A DNA stretch of 36,923 nucleotides from Octopus bimaculoides (GCF_001194135.2 NC_068988.1:21145051-21181973), one strand, 5' to 3'; counted from the first letter of the stretch, positions 22,321 to 34,864 are shown. Translations and numbers: made by a program. The notes: generated by a model not told the origin, from the letters alone.

Positions 22321-23272
22321 AGTTGAACTCTGCTGTGTATGCGTACTTTATTTCACGTTGCTCCAGTTAATTCAGCTATAGAAATGAGCTGTGACGTCAC
22401 TGTTAGCAAGCCTTTGTTTTTTGCCTTGGATAACCTTGGTGGCGTAGAGAGGAAAGGCTGATATACATGGGCAACTGCCGGTCTTCTGTAAACAACCTTA
22501 ACCAGACTTATCCCTCGGAGGAGAACTTAGGTCATCGTCGCTGCTGCTGCTGAACGCTAATTCAGTCTTCATTACACACACGAATGAGCAGCAATGTTCA
22601 CTACATATTTTTTTATTTTACACATAGCTTATGGACGGACAAGAGTGGACAATGTGCTGCAAGGTGTTCAATACATGACGACGATATTTACTACCATTTA
22701 TTCTGTATGTCTTTCTTATTTAAAGCTGCAGGGTACGATCTAAGAGAAATTTGGTTTGTTATCTCTAGCTGGTCGAGTATTCAAGATTCTCTTGATGACT
22801 CTTATAGAATTTCGTAATAAATAGTTAAAGGGGTCGAATGCTTAACATAGCCCCAGAAAATGGAATTTATACACGCACACACACACACGTAAGTATGATA
22901 TGCGTGTGTGTTGTGTGAAATTCATGAAGTTTGTGTGCCAAGAGGAGAATCGAAATATGTTTCAAGCAAGGTTTCTCTTAACCATAGAATCCAAAGAACT
23001 TAAGTGGAAACAGCCTTCTTCTCTCTCTCTCTCTTTCTCATTAATTCTTCCCCCCCTCTCTCTCTCTCACACACACACACTGACATGCACAGAATGTAAA
23101 ATGATGTATAGTAGTGCGTCGGTTGTACCGCATGGTTTGAAGAAGATATTTTGAACAGCTGTTAGAAGGTTGTGTGAGCCACCTGTTTTGAAAGAAGCTC
23201 CGTTATCGAACCAGCCCATTCATTGAAAATACTAAAATATTGCTCGTCAAATAGCTATTTATTTATTCTATT

Positions 23273-23882
23273 NNNNNNNNNNNNNNNNNNNNNNNNNNNN
23301 NNNNNNNNNNNNNNNNNNNNNNNNNNNNNNNNNNNNNNNNNNNNNNNNNNNNNNNNNNNNNNNNNNNNNNNNNNNNNNNNNNNNNNNNNNNNNNNNNNNN
23401 NNNNNNNNNNNNNNNNNNNNNNNNNNNNNNNNNNNNNNNNNNNNNNNNNNNNNNNNNNNNNNNNNNNNNNNNNNNNNNNNNNNNNNNNNNNNNNNNNNNN
23501 NNNNNNNNNNNNNNNNNNNNNNNNNNNNNNNNNNNNNNNNNNNNNNNNNNNNNNNNNNNNNNNNNNNNNNNNNNNNNNNNNNNNNNNNNNNNNNNNNNNN
23601 NNNNNNNNNNNNNNNNNNNNNNNNNNNNNNNNNNNNNNNNNNNNNNNNNNNNNNNNNNNNNNNNNNNNNNNNNNNNNNNNNNNNNNNNNNNNNNNNNNNN
23701 NNNNNNNNNNNNNNNNNNNNNNNNNNNNNNNNNNNNNNNNNNNNNNNNNNNNNNNNNNNNNNNNNNNNNNNNNNNNNNNNNNNNNNNNNNNNNNNNNNNN
23801 NNNNNNNNNNNNNNNNNNNNNNNNNNNNNNNNNNNNNNNNNNNNNNNNNNNNNNNNNNNNNNNNNNNNNNNNNNNNNNNNNN
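23273..23882. other. Assembly gap (N run); other large gaps at 30284-30950 and 35222-35715
   Basis: N characters. Confidence 1.
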
Positions 23883-24223
23883 GGGTTCCAGTTGATCCGA
23901 TCAACGGAACAGCCTGCTTGTGAAATTAACGTGCAAGTGGCTGAGCACTCCACAGACACGTGTACCCTTAACGTAGTTCTCGGGGGATATTCAGCGTGAC
24001 ACAGTGTGACAAGGCTGACCTTTTGAATTACAGGCACAACAGAAACAGGAAGTAAGAGTGAGAGAAAGTTGTGGTGGAAGAGTACAGCAGGGTTCGCCAC
24101 CATCCCCTGCCGGAGCCTCGTTGCGCTTTCAGGTGTTTTCGCTCAATAAACACTCACAACGCCCGGTCTGGGAATCGAAACCGCGAGTCTGCTGCCCTAA
24201 CCACTGGGCCATTGCGCCTCCAC
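23883..24223 (-). mobile_element. Third tRNA-derived SINE family (truncated by gap)
   Basis: - strand head gtggaggcgcaatggcccagtggttagggcagcagactcgcggtttcgattcccagaccggg with A- and B-box-like motifs. Confidence 0.75.
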
Positions 24224-26278
24224 ATTCAAGCAATAAGTCGACTATAACTCATGCTGTGTACATTCAATATCCAGTTACCTTAAAATTAGAAAGCAAGGGA
24301 AATAATTCCAGCAGCTAGAGAACATGTTGACGAGGAAGAACTACCAGGAAACAGTTACTCTGTATGTAGACACTAAGAACTTTTGATGCCACTTCAGCGT
24401 GCGGTCTACCCGGCCTTTTAGATTTTAGAGTGTGTTATATCTGGTCATTTACGCTTTTGCGTGCAACCTAACTCTAACCATAATCCTAAAAAATAACCAT
24501 AACCCCTAACTCTAACCCTAAACCCTAATCTGACCATTTAAACATTTTTTAAAGTTACATTTACTTACTCAATGTATAAATTACTAAAAAAATTCTAACA
24601 TATCAAATCATATATATACAATTTCCTGCTTTTGTGTCAAGATATTGAAAAAATAAAATAAATATCTGTCAAAAACGAAGATCAATTTAATCGACTATGC
24701 CCTCTTCACAACACATGTGGCTTTCTGCTTATGTTAGACATTATTATTAATTTAAGGCCAATGGTTTATTAATCTCAGGTTAGGAGAAAGTCTATGCATA
24801 GTCGCTCGATCTTCTAGATATAGCAACCAATCTACTTCAAATAACACCTTTTTGTATTTGAACCAATATCCTTCAAATAAAACCTTGTTGACGAACATAC
24901 TGGATAACTAACGACCATACCTTTGCATTTAGAAAAAATGCAAAGGTATGGTCATAAATGGAACGATGTTGTCCATAGCTTTATTTGATTAGAACTAATC
25001 TAGAGTTAAACAAAACCAAAAGTAACACTTGATTTCACGGACTGTTTGAGCGTCGGGCATAATGTTCGTAGTATTTAATTAATTACAGCCCTTGATCTTC
25101 TGAGTTCAGAACATGTCTTAGTCAACTATGCTTCTCTGATTACCTAGTAATGAGTTGATTCAATATTCTTATAAAACATCCTGGATATTAATGGAACTAT
25201 ATTAAGAGATTATGACTATTAATCAGTATTTCATTCGTTCAAAAAAGACAAATAAGTATTAAGTAAAATTCAGATATCTTAAGACCTAAGACCGCTGAAT
25301 GGTAATAAAACAATAAAACAGTTTGGTTCAATCAACTGACTTCTTGGCTGGTTGTCCGCTGCCCTCATATCCCGATCGGTTTAATACCATCACCCAATCT
25401 CTTGTCTTTAGCGAAATTTCTTTTATTGCAAGCATTGTAAATAGATTCCTGTTTTCTTCCCCACCCATATTTCTGCTACAGATATCGACATGACAATATT
25501 CCAGCATGCCATCAATGACATCACTCTCACAAGTTTAGTGGGGGGGGGGGCTTTAAAGGTTATGAGGTCACTTCCCCTACTTCCCCTACTTCTCCAATTT
25601 CTCTAACTAATTATACCATTTAAAATTGCTTAGTTCAATGCTCTGACATGAATTTCTAGTTAGAATGGTTTTTGTATTTCGTTTTTCTGTTTCTGGAATT
25701 ACCAATATTATGGAAATATATATGAAAAGAGTGGTAGATTGGTAGAATCCTCTTAAGGGGTCACACAAAATTCTTTGCAGAATTTTGCTAAAATCCTTTA
25801 CATTCTGCGTTCAAATCCTGTTGTGGCCAACTTTGAAATTCATCTTTCTGGGTCAATAAAACAAAGTACTAGTCAAGTACTGAATTGAATTAATCGCCTA
25901 TATTCTCCACCTAAATTTTGGGGTTTGTTTCAATTTTCAACGTTAAGTCATGGCGTGATTCGATTTTCTAGAACTTTCTCATTGTGCCCTATATAAAAGT
26001 GATAACCGCAGAATGTTGAGGTAGCCGCATGACGTCTCCATTCTCATTACCACATTCAGCTGATTAAGACACCTGGCAGATAGTAGACAGGAATTTTCGT
26101 CTCCTCGAATGGAGCACAATTATTTTCCAGTTAGTGATGGGCCGGCCACAAATTGCTATATCGGTTAACATGTAAATCCCAAACAGTATGTCTCTCTCGG
26201 CATGTAACTATTGTTGTTAGTATTTGTAAAAAAACAACAACCAGAAAACACTATGTACAGTAATAAAATCTTCTGCTA

Positions 26279-26441
26279 AGGCGCAGGAGTGGCTGTGTGG
26301 TAAGTAGCTTGCTTACCAACCACATGGTTCCGGGTTCAGTCCTACTGTGTGGCACCTTGGTCAGGTGTCTTCTACTATAGCCTCGGGCTGACCAATGCCT
26401 TGTGAGTGGATTTGGTAGACGAAACTGAAAGAAGCCCGTCG

Positions 26442-26482
<41 letters not shown>

Positions 26483-26692
26483 GTGTGTTTGTGTGTCTGT
26501 GTTTGTCTCGCCACCATCGCTTGACAACTGATGCTGGTGTGTTTACGTCCCCGTAACTTAGCGGTTCGGCAAAAAGAGACAGATAGTATAAGTACTAGGC
26601 TTACAAAGAAGAAGTCCTGGGGTCGATTTGCTCGACTATAGGCGGTGCTCCAGCATGACCGTAGTCAAATGACTGAAACACGTAAAGAGAGT
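26279..26692 (+). mobile_element. Full-length CORE-type SINE with internal (TA)n(TG)n tract
   Basis: A-box-like tggctgtgtgg, B-box-like gggttcagtcc, CORE-like ggcaccttgg...; tail gactgaaacacgtaaagagagt. Confidence 0.9.
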
Positions 26693-26848
26693 GACAGTTA
26701 CTTCTTCACGTAATCTGAAAAATACATTTCCATTCACAAACTCAACAGCTACCATTTCAGCATTTGACGAAACGCCCAAACACCACTCTCGTAACAACTG
26801 GTGACACCCAACCAAGTGAACAAACCACCACCACCAAGCAACCTTTGG

Positions 26849-27409
26849 GGATCTTTTTTAAAACGGGGGCCACATTTTTCATTAACGAAACACTTTGAAA
26901 CTTGGAACACTGGTAGAATGTGTCATATAAAACATCTTTTTCTCTTAGTCTTCTTAAAAAAAAAAAAGAAATCCCTAAGCTATTTCATGTTAAAGTTGTC
27001 GTATTTCTGTAATTTCAACCAATCACTGACGTCCATTCAGCCGATATACATTAAGTGCCGACTACATAAACAAACGATTCTGAAACAATTCTATCGGTGA
27101 TAGGGTTAGGGTTAGGGTAAAACAGCAAATTTAAAAAGAAAAAAGAAAAACGAAGCTATGGAAATTAAATACGCTTTACACCGCTTAATCAGCCAAAAGA
27201 GTAAATATAAACAACTGAATACTTGTCAGTGATTGGTTGAAATTATCGAAATAAGACAATTTTTTACATGAAATAAATTCGAATACAAAAATATTTTTCT
27301 GTTCTATAACACAAAATAGATAAGTATACGAAGTTTGAAAGTCTTTCGGTACCAAAAACACTACGTAAAACATTAATGAAAAATGTGGCCCTCGTTTTTA
27401 AAAAGATCC
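26849..27409. mobile_element. Non-autonomous DNA transposon (MITE), ~39-bp TIR starting GG, 8-bp TSD; possibly Merlin superfamily
   Basis: acctttgg|GGATCTTTTTTAAAACGGGGGCCACATTTTTCATTAA ... TTAATGAAAAATGTGGCCCTCGTTTTTAAAAAGATCC|acatttgg (TSD 7/8 identical). Confidence 0.8.
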
Positions 27410-28837
27410 ACATTTGGTGATATTCGATCCAGAAATAACCAGAAAAAGCCATTAAAATAAAGCTGATTTATTTAGTGCGTGAACATCAACTTACCACGAC
27501 TACTACCGTGACAACCACTCTTGTGACAATACTATATATGGTAGTATTTAGACAACTATCTTCGACGTCAGCTGGTGGTAGGTATGCCAACCCAAAGGAA
27601 ACTTATTGTTTTCGCACTTCAAGTTGTTGCCAGAACATTCGAGAATTTCGAAGGGGGAAAAAATTTGGGATTCAATACTCGGAGTGGGAAAACTTACTGT
27701 TTATTCTAGATGCAAGCTAAGTGGATTTCCCGTCTTGCGTTTTGACAAGATAATTTTCATCTCTCAAAATCTCCACTGAAAAATTATTCCTGTTACCACT
27801 AACAATTATGTTCCTAACTTTTTTCTGAGAACTTCTACGTGATTTATAAATAATATATTGTAAAGTATTATGTTTAGTGTTATCAATAAAACATGACTGA
27901 AGATAATTTCTTATTTGCCCAAGATTCAACATGTTAACATAACACCCATCTACCATTTGGTGAACACGCCGAACTAAAATCGACGAATGACACAAGACCT
28001 AACTCATTCCCACAAAAAGAGTGCTTACTAGCTTAGCAGAAAATAACTAAATTTTCTTGACTTGATATCTTTCTTATCAATACTAATAATCTTTTGGGAT
28101 TGTATTCACAGAAGTTGGAAGCCGATAGAATATCGCAGAACCAGCCGAGAGACCGACTGTTCGATCTTGTCATCAGTACTATACTGTCCGTAGCTGAGAT
28201 ACTTGACTTCTAACAACTGTGTCAGTCTAACTCTAAATAGTATCGCTGGATTGCAACGCTGCTTTAAATATCCTTTCGTGAGAAAAGCCAGATACGCGAG
28301 AACACCGTGCTATACATAAGGAAATGCACCGGTCATCTGGAAAATACAAGTCAAGCATAAATCTTACAGTTCCTTCTTTTATGAGTGAAAAGGATTAGCA
28401 AGCTACTGCTCTGTCAAATAAAATGAAAATTCAAAGTTTTCAATTGCTTATCATGAATTGCCACCATAAAGTCATGTTACTGTCTACGTTCCTAATGCTG
28501 TTAAATCGTTTGGTCTTATCTAGTCACTAATTTAAGAGGATTAGAATTGTAATATGGAAGTCGAAATCAAGTCTCAACTTGTCTTGGTATCTATTGTTTA
28601 TTTTTGTTCGCAAAAGTTCCTGAGTGTTTCCTTAAATATCGATCTAGTTTTCAATTTGCAAAAGCCGCACATTTCAGAGAAGGAGGAGGTACAACCTGCA
28701 GATCCAATTCTTGGAATATTACTGATATTTACTTTATCGATTCCCACCTCAAAGGAAACAAACAAAAGAGGCATACCTACTCATGTGTGTCCCACCGATT
28801 TTGTTTGCTCGTAACTTTCAGAAATACCGTTAAGCAC

Positions 28838-28930
28838 TTCATTTACATTTACATTTGACGGATATTTGTCTTCATCTTGTTTGTTGTTAGCTCAACGTTT
28901 CGGCTGATATACCCTCTAGCTTTCATCAGG
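28838..28930 (-). mobile_element. Penelope-like terminal repeat fragment with degenerate hammerhead core
   Basis: - strand CCUGAUGA-AAGCU(AGAGGGUAUAUC)AGCC-GAAACGUU-GAGC. Confidence 0.55.
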
Positions 28931-30283
28931 CGAGATCGGCTTTGGACTGAAACCTCAATGCCAAACACGAAGGATGCAGAGTTCGAGCTAAAGTACGTAC
29001 ACTGGGTCGCGAGGGTATCAACGTTGCCGGGTGGGCTCGCTTGGTAGAAACCCAACATGGCGTGGATGCTACGATAAGGTCTGTGGTTAACGAACATGGA
29101 CAGGAGATGTACAAGGCCCTTCACGAGCACTTTGCTGCGTTTAAACGGGAGGAGCGGGACGCTGGACCATGGAGATGCTCTCCGGGATTTCCTGCCCGGC
29201 GACCCGAGTCTTTCGGCGCGTGATGCTGAGTGCTGTGAAGGACCGATCACGGCTGAAGAGGTTACAGAGGTGCTTTCCGAGTGCCCCGGGGACAAGTCAC
29301 CGGGATTGGATGGTCAACCTTACGAATTTTATAAAAGTGTGCCAGACTTGTTCAGGGACATACTAGCCAGTGTTTATGCAAATTGGCAGCAGAATGGGAG
29401 AATTCCCAAATCTGTGAGCCGAGGAGTGGTGACACTGATCAGGAAGGACCCGAGCAAGGAGGATAGCATTAATAATTTCCGGCCTATAACTCTGCTAAAC
29501 ACAGAGTTAAAGATTTTGGCCAAGGTGCTAGCCAAGAGAGAGAAGATTGTCATAGGCAACCTGGTGGGAGAGGCACAGACATGTGCCATCCCAGGGAGGA
29601 CGATACATGACAACCTTCATCTCATTCGCTACACCATTGAGAGGGTAGGTAAAGTTCCTGGCAAGAGTGTGGCACTGGTGAATTTAGATCAATCTAAGGC
29701 ATTTGATAGGGTCGACCATCGGTATCTGGCGGCAGTCGGACCCGGCCCGACTTTCTGAGGCTGGATCGAAGCCTTATATTGCAACATCGAACCTGTCGTC
29801 CGGGTGAATGGATTCTTTTTAAGCCCATTCGCAATCGAGCGTGTTCGGTTCGCCAGGGCTGCCCCCTGTCCCCGCTCCTGTATGTGTTGGCTCTTGAACC
29901 ACTGCTGCGGAGATTGGGGACTATGGGGGGTGAGGAGAGACCCGCGTGATCTGTGTTATGGTAGAAGTGTGACGGCATATGCGGATGATGATACCATCAT
30001 CGTATCTGATGAAGGGCAGCTACCTCGTGTAGAAGACGCCATCAAAAGATACGAAGCGGTGGCAGAGGCGATAATTAACCAGGAAAAATCAGTCGGCTTG
30101 CAACTAGGCACCTGGCATGGCAAGTCGATGCCTCTCAACAGCGTCGTCGGACGCTGGACGGAGGGCCCGGTTAAACTGCTTGGAATCTGGTTTAGATCAG
30201 GTGGAGAAAAACTGGAGCGAGGTAAAGAGTAAGGTGACGGCCATAACCCAGACCTGGTCTGGGAGGTCGTTATCCTTGCTAGG
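28931..30283 (+). pseudogene. Tx1/L1-clade non-LTR retrotransposon ORF2 (reverse transcriptase), 5'-truncated, frameshifted, running into an N gap
   Basis: KSPGLDG, FRPITLLN.ELKILAK, LDQSKAFDRVDH, VRQGCPLSPLLY, YADD and KLLGIWF motifs across ORFs 29041..29223, 29096..29758 and 29804..30232. Confidence 0.93.
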
Positions 30284-31130
30284 NNNNNNNNNNNNNNNNN
30301 NNNNNNNNNNNNNNNNNNNNNNNNNNNNNNNNNNNNNNNNNNNNNNNNNNNNNNNNNNNNNNNNNNNNNNNNNNNNNNNNNNNNNNNNNNNNNNNNNNNN
30401 NNNNNNNNNNNNNNNNNNNNNNNNNNNNNNNNNNNNNNNNNNNNNNNNNNNNNNNNNNNNNNNNNNNNNNNNNNNNNNNNNNNNNNNNNNNNNNNNNNNN
30501 NNNNNNNNNNNNNNNNNNNNNNNNNNNNNNNNNNNNNNNNNNNNNNNNNNNNNNNNNNNNNNNNNNNNNNNNNNNNNNNNNNNNNNNNNNNNNNNNNNNN
30601 NNNNNNNNNNNNNNNNNNNNNNNNNNNNNNNNNNNNNNNNNNNNNNNNNNNNNNNNNNNNNNNNNNNNNNNNNNNNNNNNNNNNNNNNNNNNNNNNNNNN
30701 NNNNNNNNNNNNNNNNNNNNNNNNNNNNNNNNNNNNNNNNNNNNNNNNNNNNNNNNNNNNNNNNNNNNNNNNNNNNNNNNNNNNNNNNNNNNNNNNNNNN
30801 NNNNNNNNNNNNNNNNNNNNNNNNNNNNNNNNNNNNNNNNNNNNNNNNNNNNNNNNNNNNNNNNNNNNNNNNNNNNNNNNNNNNNNNNNNNNNNNNNNNN
30901 NNNNNNNNNNNNNNNNNNNNNNNNNNNNNNNNNNNNNNNNNNNNNNNNNGAACTAGTCCCTGCGCATGCGTGGATAAGCTTTCCGGAATGTCTGCTATTA
31001 AGGCGTCACTACAAGCCAATAAAAACACACGCACTGTATATTTGGTGTTAATTTGCTTCAGCTTTATATTACATTATATTAAATTAATCTTATTTCGGCC
31101 AGAGTTCTTTCGTCACACTTCTGTGACCTC

Positions 31131-31184
<54 letters not shown>

Positions 31185-31314
31185 CCAACTAAATAAACGG
31201 TCATCTTCATAATTAATATCGTTTTTCATCCATTCATTTCTCCGATGCATCATCATCATTCAAACTTCGTCGCTATTTTGTTACATTCGACTTCGCCTCC
31301 CAGTTACATCGTCT

Positions 31315-31345
<31 letters not shown>

Positions 31346-32048
31346 GCGCGTGCACAAGCACACGCGTGCGCGCGATGGTGAAGAATCACTATCGTCGAAC
31401 ATCTTTGTTTTTAATTTTTTTTCTGGAAGCATCCATACCAAAGTTCTGACTGACAACAGCATTATTTATCCAACTTCTAATCTTTGAAAGAATAAAGACA
31501 TTCTTGGTATAAAAATCTGAGCAATTTAAGTTCTCTTTCAAAATTGTTCAAATGTTTGTCTTCCGAAATGCTCTGGGTTTTATACACGCGTATAGTTGTT
31601 TACATAATATGAATATAGAAAACAAATAATCAAACACCCCAACACACACAACTATTAGATATTTATCGTCGTTCCTCACAAAAAGAAACGGTTATTCCAC
31701 ATCCATATTATGATTAGTACAGAAATACAGTTCGTAGATGTATTAACCTGCATCTTTTCTTGGACGTGCAGCAATGACCCTGTAGTAAGCAATAATTTGA
31801 CACGTAGTTTAATCAATCGATAAAATCATTTTTAAGATAACAAATACTTAAAACTACATGCCTGATCTTCCAGTTTCTGACATGTTATCCTTGTACCACA
31901 GTCTAAACTGTCGTTGACACTTAAGACAACAAACAGAACGATAGAATGAGAAACACAATTATCGTTGTTAGTAGAATACTGATAAAGGTTAGTAGTACTG
32001 AATATGAAAACTTTAAATCAAGTCATTGTATTTCCAATGAATCGGAAA

Positions 32049-32391
32049 GCAAGTTAAAATTACGGAGATGTACTTGCATAGCAAGTGACCTGATCTGAGA
32101 TCGTGTGCTGGAACGAAAACAATTTCAGCGTGGAAGGTGTTTATAAGCCATTTAAAATAACACACAAAAACCGTTAGATTCACTTCAACATCTAAATTTA
32201 ATTTGTCAAAATATTTTCGTCGCTTTGAAACCGCGACCTGCGACACAGAATTTTGTCAGTGAACAGGTCGCGGTCTCAAAGCGACGAAAATATTTTGACA
32301 AATTAAATTTAAATGTTGAAGTGAATCTAACGGTCTTTGTGTGTTATTTTAAATGGCTTATAAACACCTTTCACACTGCAAGTTAAAATTA
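32049..32391. repeat. Long inverted repeat (arms 32126-32240 and 32264-32378) flanked by a 14-nt direct repeat
   Basis: 115-nt arms with 5 mismatches and a 23-nt spacer; GCAAGTTAAAATTA at 32049-32062 and 32378-32391. Confidence 0.92.
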
Positions 32392-34864
32392 GTTGTGCGG
32401 TAAAAGTTAATAGACAGCATACTGTGTGTATGGTGGACATCCTACCGGTAGTAGTGTAGCAAATAGGAGGTGAGGTTAGGAGATCGACCGCTCCTCCCGA
32501 GTATATTTTTCAAAATTGGCACCTTTTCAACAATTTTTTAAAAACTCTTTAGTCGAATCGTTCTTTTTAATTTTTTGTTAATTGCATGGTCTTCGAAAAA
32601 CTTACTGGAGTTATTACTTTACTTGGCCAACCTCACGTGGTTTTGAACTGGCTGCTCAATCTTCTCTGTTGGTGACCGCTGAAGGCGGAAGAACCAAAAC
32701 AAACCCTGATGTAATAATAACCTCGCGATACTGCACTATCTCGTGGAATTTCATCTTTTTCACGTCATGCCTATATCAGTAGTTGTAAGTTTTATACATA
32801 ATAACATTGTTACTGAAACAGGAGATTAGTGAATGTAGAATACTATTACGTATGTTATAAATATTGGAAAATTTTGCGTGATATAAGAGAAATTAGTTAA
32901 AATTGTTTGGTATGTGTCATGGTGCTTTTTTTTATGTGATCGCTCCGCCTAACTTTAGAACCTGGCTTACACTATTGCCTGCAGGATGAATAACAAGACC
33001 CGTGAAATGGAAAATGAATTCAGGAGAGTCAACGGCCATCCAATTATGTGATACATACTAAATACTAAGGAAGAATTTTGCTTAGGTTTCTTTCCATCTA
33101 TCATCCCTTACCGATCTAGTTTGTCATAATAAAAAGGCGATTTCTGATACTTGCATATGAACATGCATTCGCTTAAAAAGGCATATATTAAAGGTTAATA
33201 GTTTTTCATTTTGTGAATTACATGGGATAAAAAGCAAAATCGCTAAATCAACAAAGCGCAGCCCTTTTCAGGATATGGTTCATAAAATTCACGAGTATAA
33301 ATTTGCGGACCACAGAATATGATATAAATATTTGTAATCAAGAAATTGATCATTATTGTGTAACGGAGTATTTGTACAGTTACACGTGTCGAAACCATAA
33401 TGATATCTGTTTGGAAGCTGATGATGAAAGTTTATGTCTGATGTTCCTGTGGTCTATAAGTCTTTATATTTTATGTTCCCGTTGCTTTAAGTTGTCCTTC
33501 ATTCTCATAGGATTGAACTTGTTAAGGGGTCCTTTGGTCTCTTGGTTATGGTGGTTTCGTTGTTTATTTTATACCATATTTTATACCATACATTGTTATT
33601 ACATAATTCTAATTCCGGCTAGAGTAATACTTATTAAAAGGTTTCTAGTTTATGGTGGTTTTGTTGCATTGTATTGGTTTACATTTTAGATTGTCTTCTG
33701 TAAAAAATTATCGACTTCTTTGGTTTTACGAAACTCGTATGGGACCACCAAATCTTCGGTATTAATCACAAGTGGTCCACTGGACCACATTGTGAACCCT
33801 TGATGCAAATAATTCTATTCATGTCATTAATAATTTTGTTTTACTTATTTCATCGATCATTATATTATGGATCAGCTAAGTTACCGTTTTGTAACCAGCA
33901 GTGTTGTCACACACATTAACACTAACATAGATACAAAACTCATATGTGCTGTTGGCCAGTTTCCCTTTTCCACATTCAGTTTACAATGTATTGGTCAACC
34001 CGAGACTATGGTAGAAAACAATTGTCTAAAGATGTGCAATGGCGATGTAAGCAATTCCAGTAAGTAAAAGTAAGAAACGGTTACTGGATTGACGATTCAT
34101 TTCATGCTCTTGGAATGAAATTTACGAGGAAGAAAATTCCAAACTGAAAACAAACTGGGTGGGAACATAAATTGAGTAAGGTTGTTGAAAGTATTGCGAT
34201 ATCATTTTCACTGATAACAAATACACACAGACATGCGCACAAAATTAAGATATTTTAAAGACACACGTTGTTTTTAGCGATACATGCTTACGTATACACA
34301 TATATACATGCAAACATACATACACACATCTCAGTATGTGTGCGCGCGCGTATATGTGCATGNNNNNNNNNNTCTCAGTATGTGTGCGCGCGCGTATATG
34401 TGCATGTGTGTGTGTGTGTGTAACCGAAAGGCAGAACTATAGACGTTACCAAAGTGACTAAAGGTACCAGTTAGCACCAGCATTGTTAGAAATAAGAGGC
34501 AAAAACAATTCTTAACCACGATAAAGCACTTATCTTAAGACTGACAAAGGAGGTAAGCTCCCCACAGCATCCGAGGCACAGCCACATCACCAGTGATTTC
34601 GCATTTTTATTAATGATCGTCAATGGTTCTTACCCGACCTAGGGTTTAGTTACCTCGCTTTGTTAGTTTATAAGAGTTACCGTAGGAATCTCACGCTGAT
34701 TTCATAAATGGCAAAAGTGAAAATTATAAATGATAAAGGTGGCTTATTCGCAAATTTACAACCAAAAAGCAGAGCTATTTCACTATATCACTTTTCGAAT
34801 GTCGGAGCGAAGAGCTACGATGCATTCTTGTCAGCTATTAATGGCAACAGACGCTATAAAAAAC

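Noticed and set aside
24465-24530. TAACCC-like repeats (and TTAGGG at 27101-27118) as telomere remnants
   Set aside because: Very short, degenerate and embedded in transposon-like sequence; not evidence of a chromosome fusion
25990-26037. TATATAAAAG plus TGACGTC (TATA/CRE-like promoter)
   Set aside because: No initiator at the expected distance and no downstream exon or ORF identified
28150-28180. CTGATGA on the - strand (also at 36305-36311 on +) as further hammerheads
   Set aside because: No stem II followed by GAAA, so the catalytic core cannot form
33303-33689. 128-aa ORF and most other ORF-track entries
   Set aside because: No recognisable domain, non-ATG starts or low complexity, or derived from SINEs, microsatellites or N gaps
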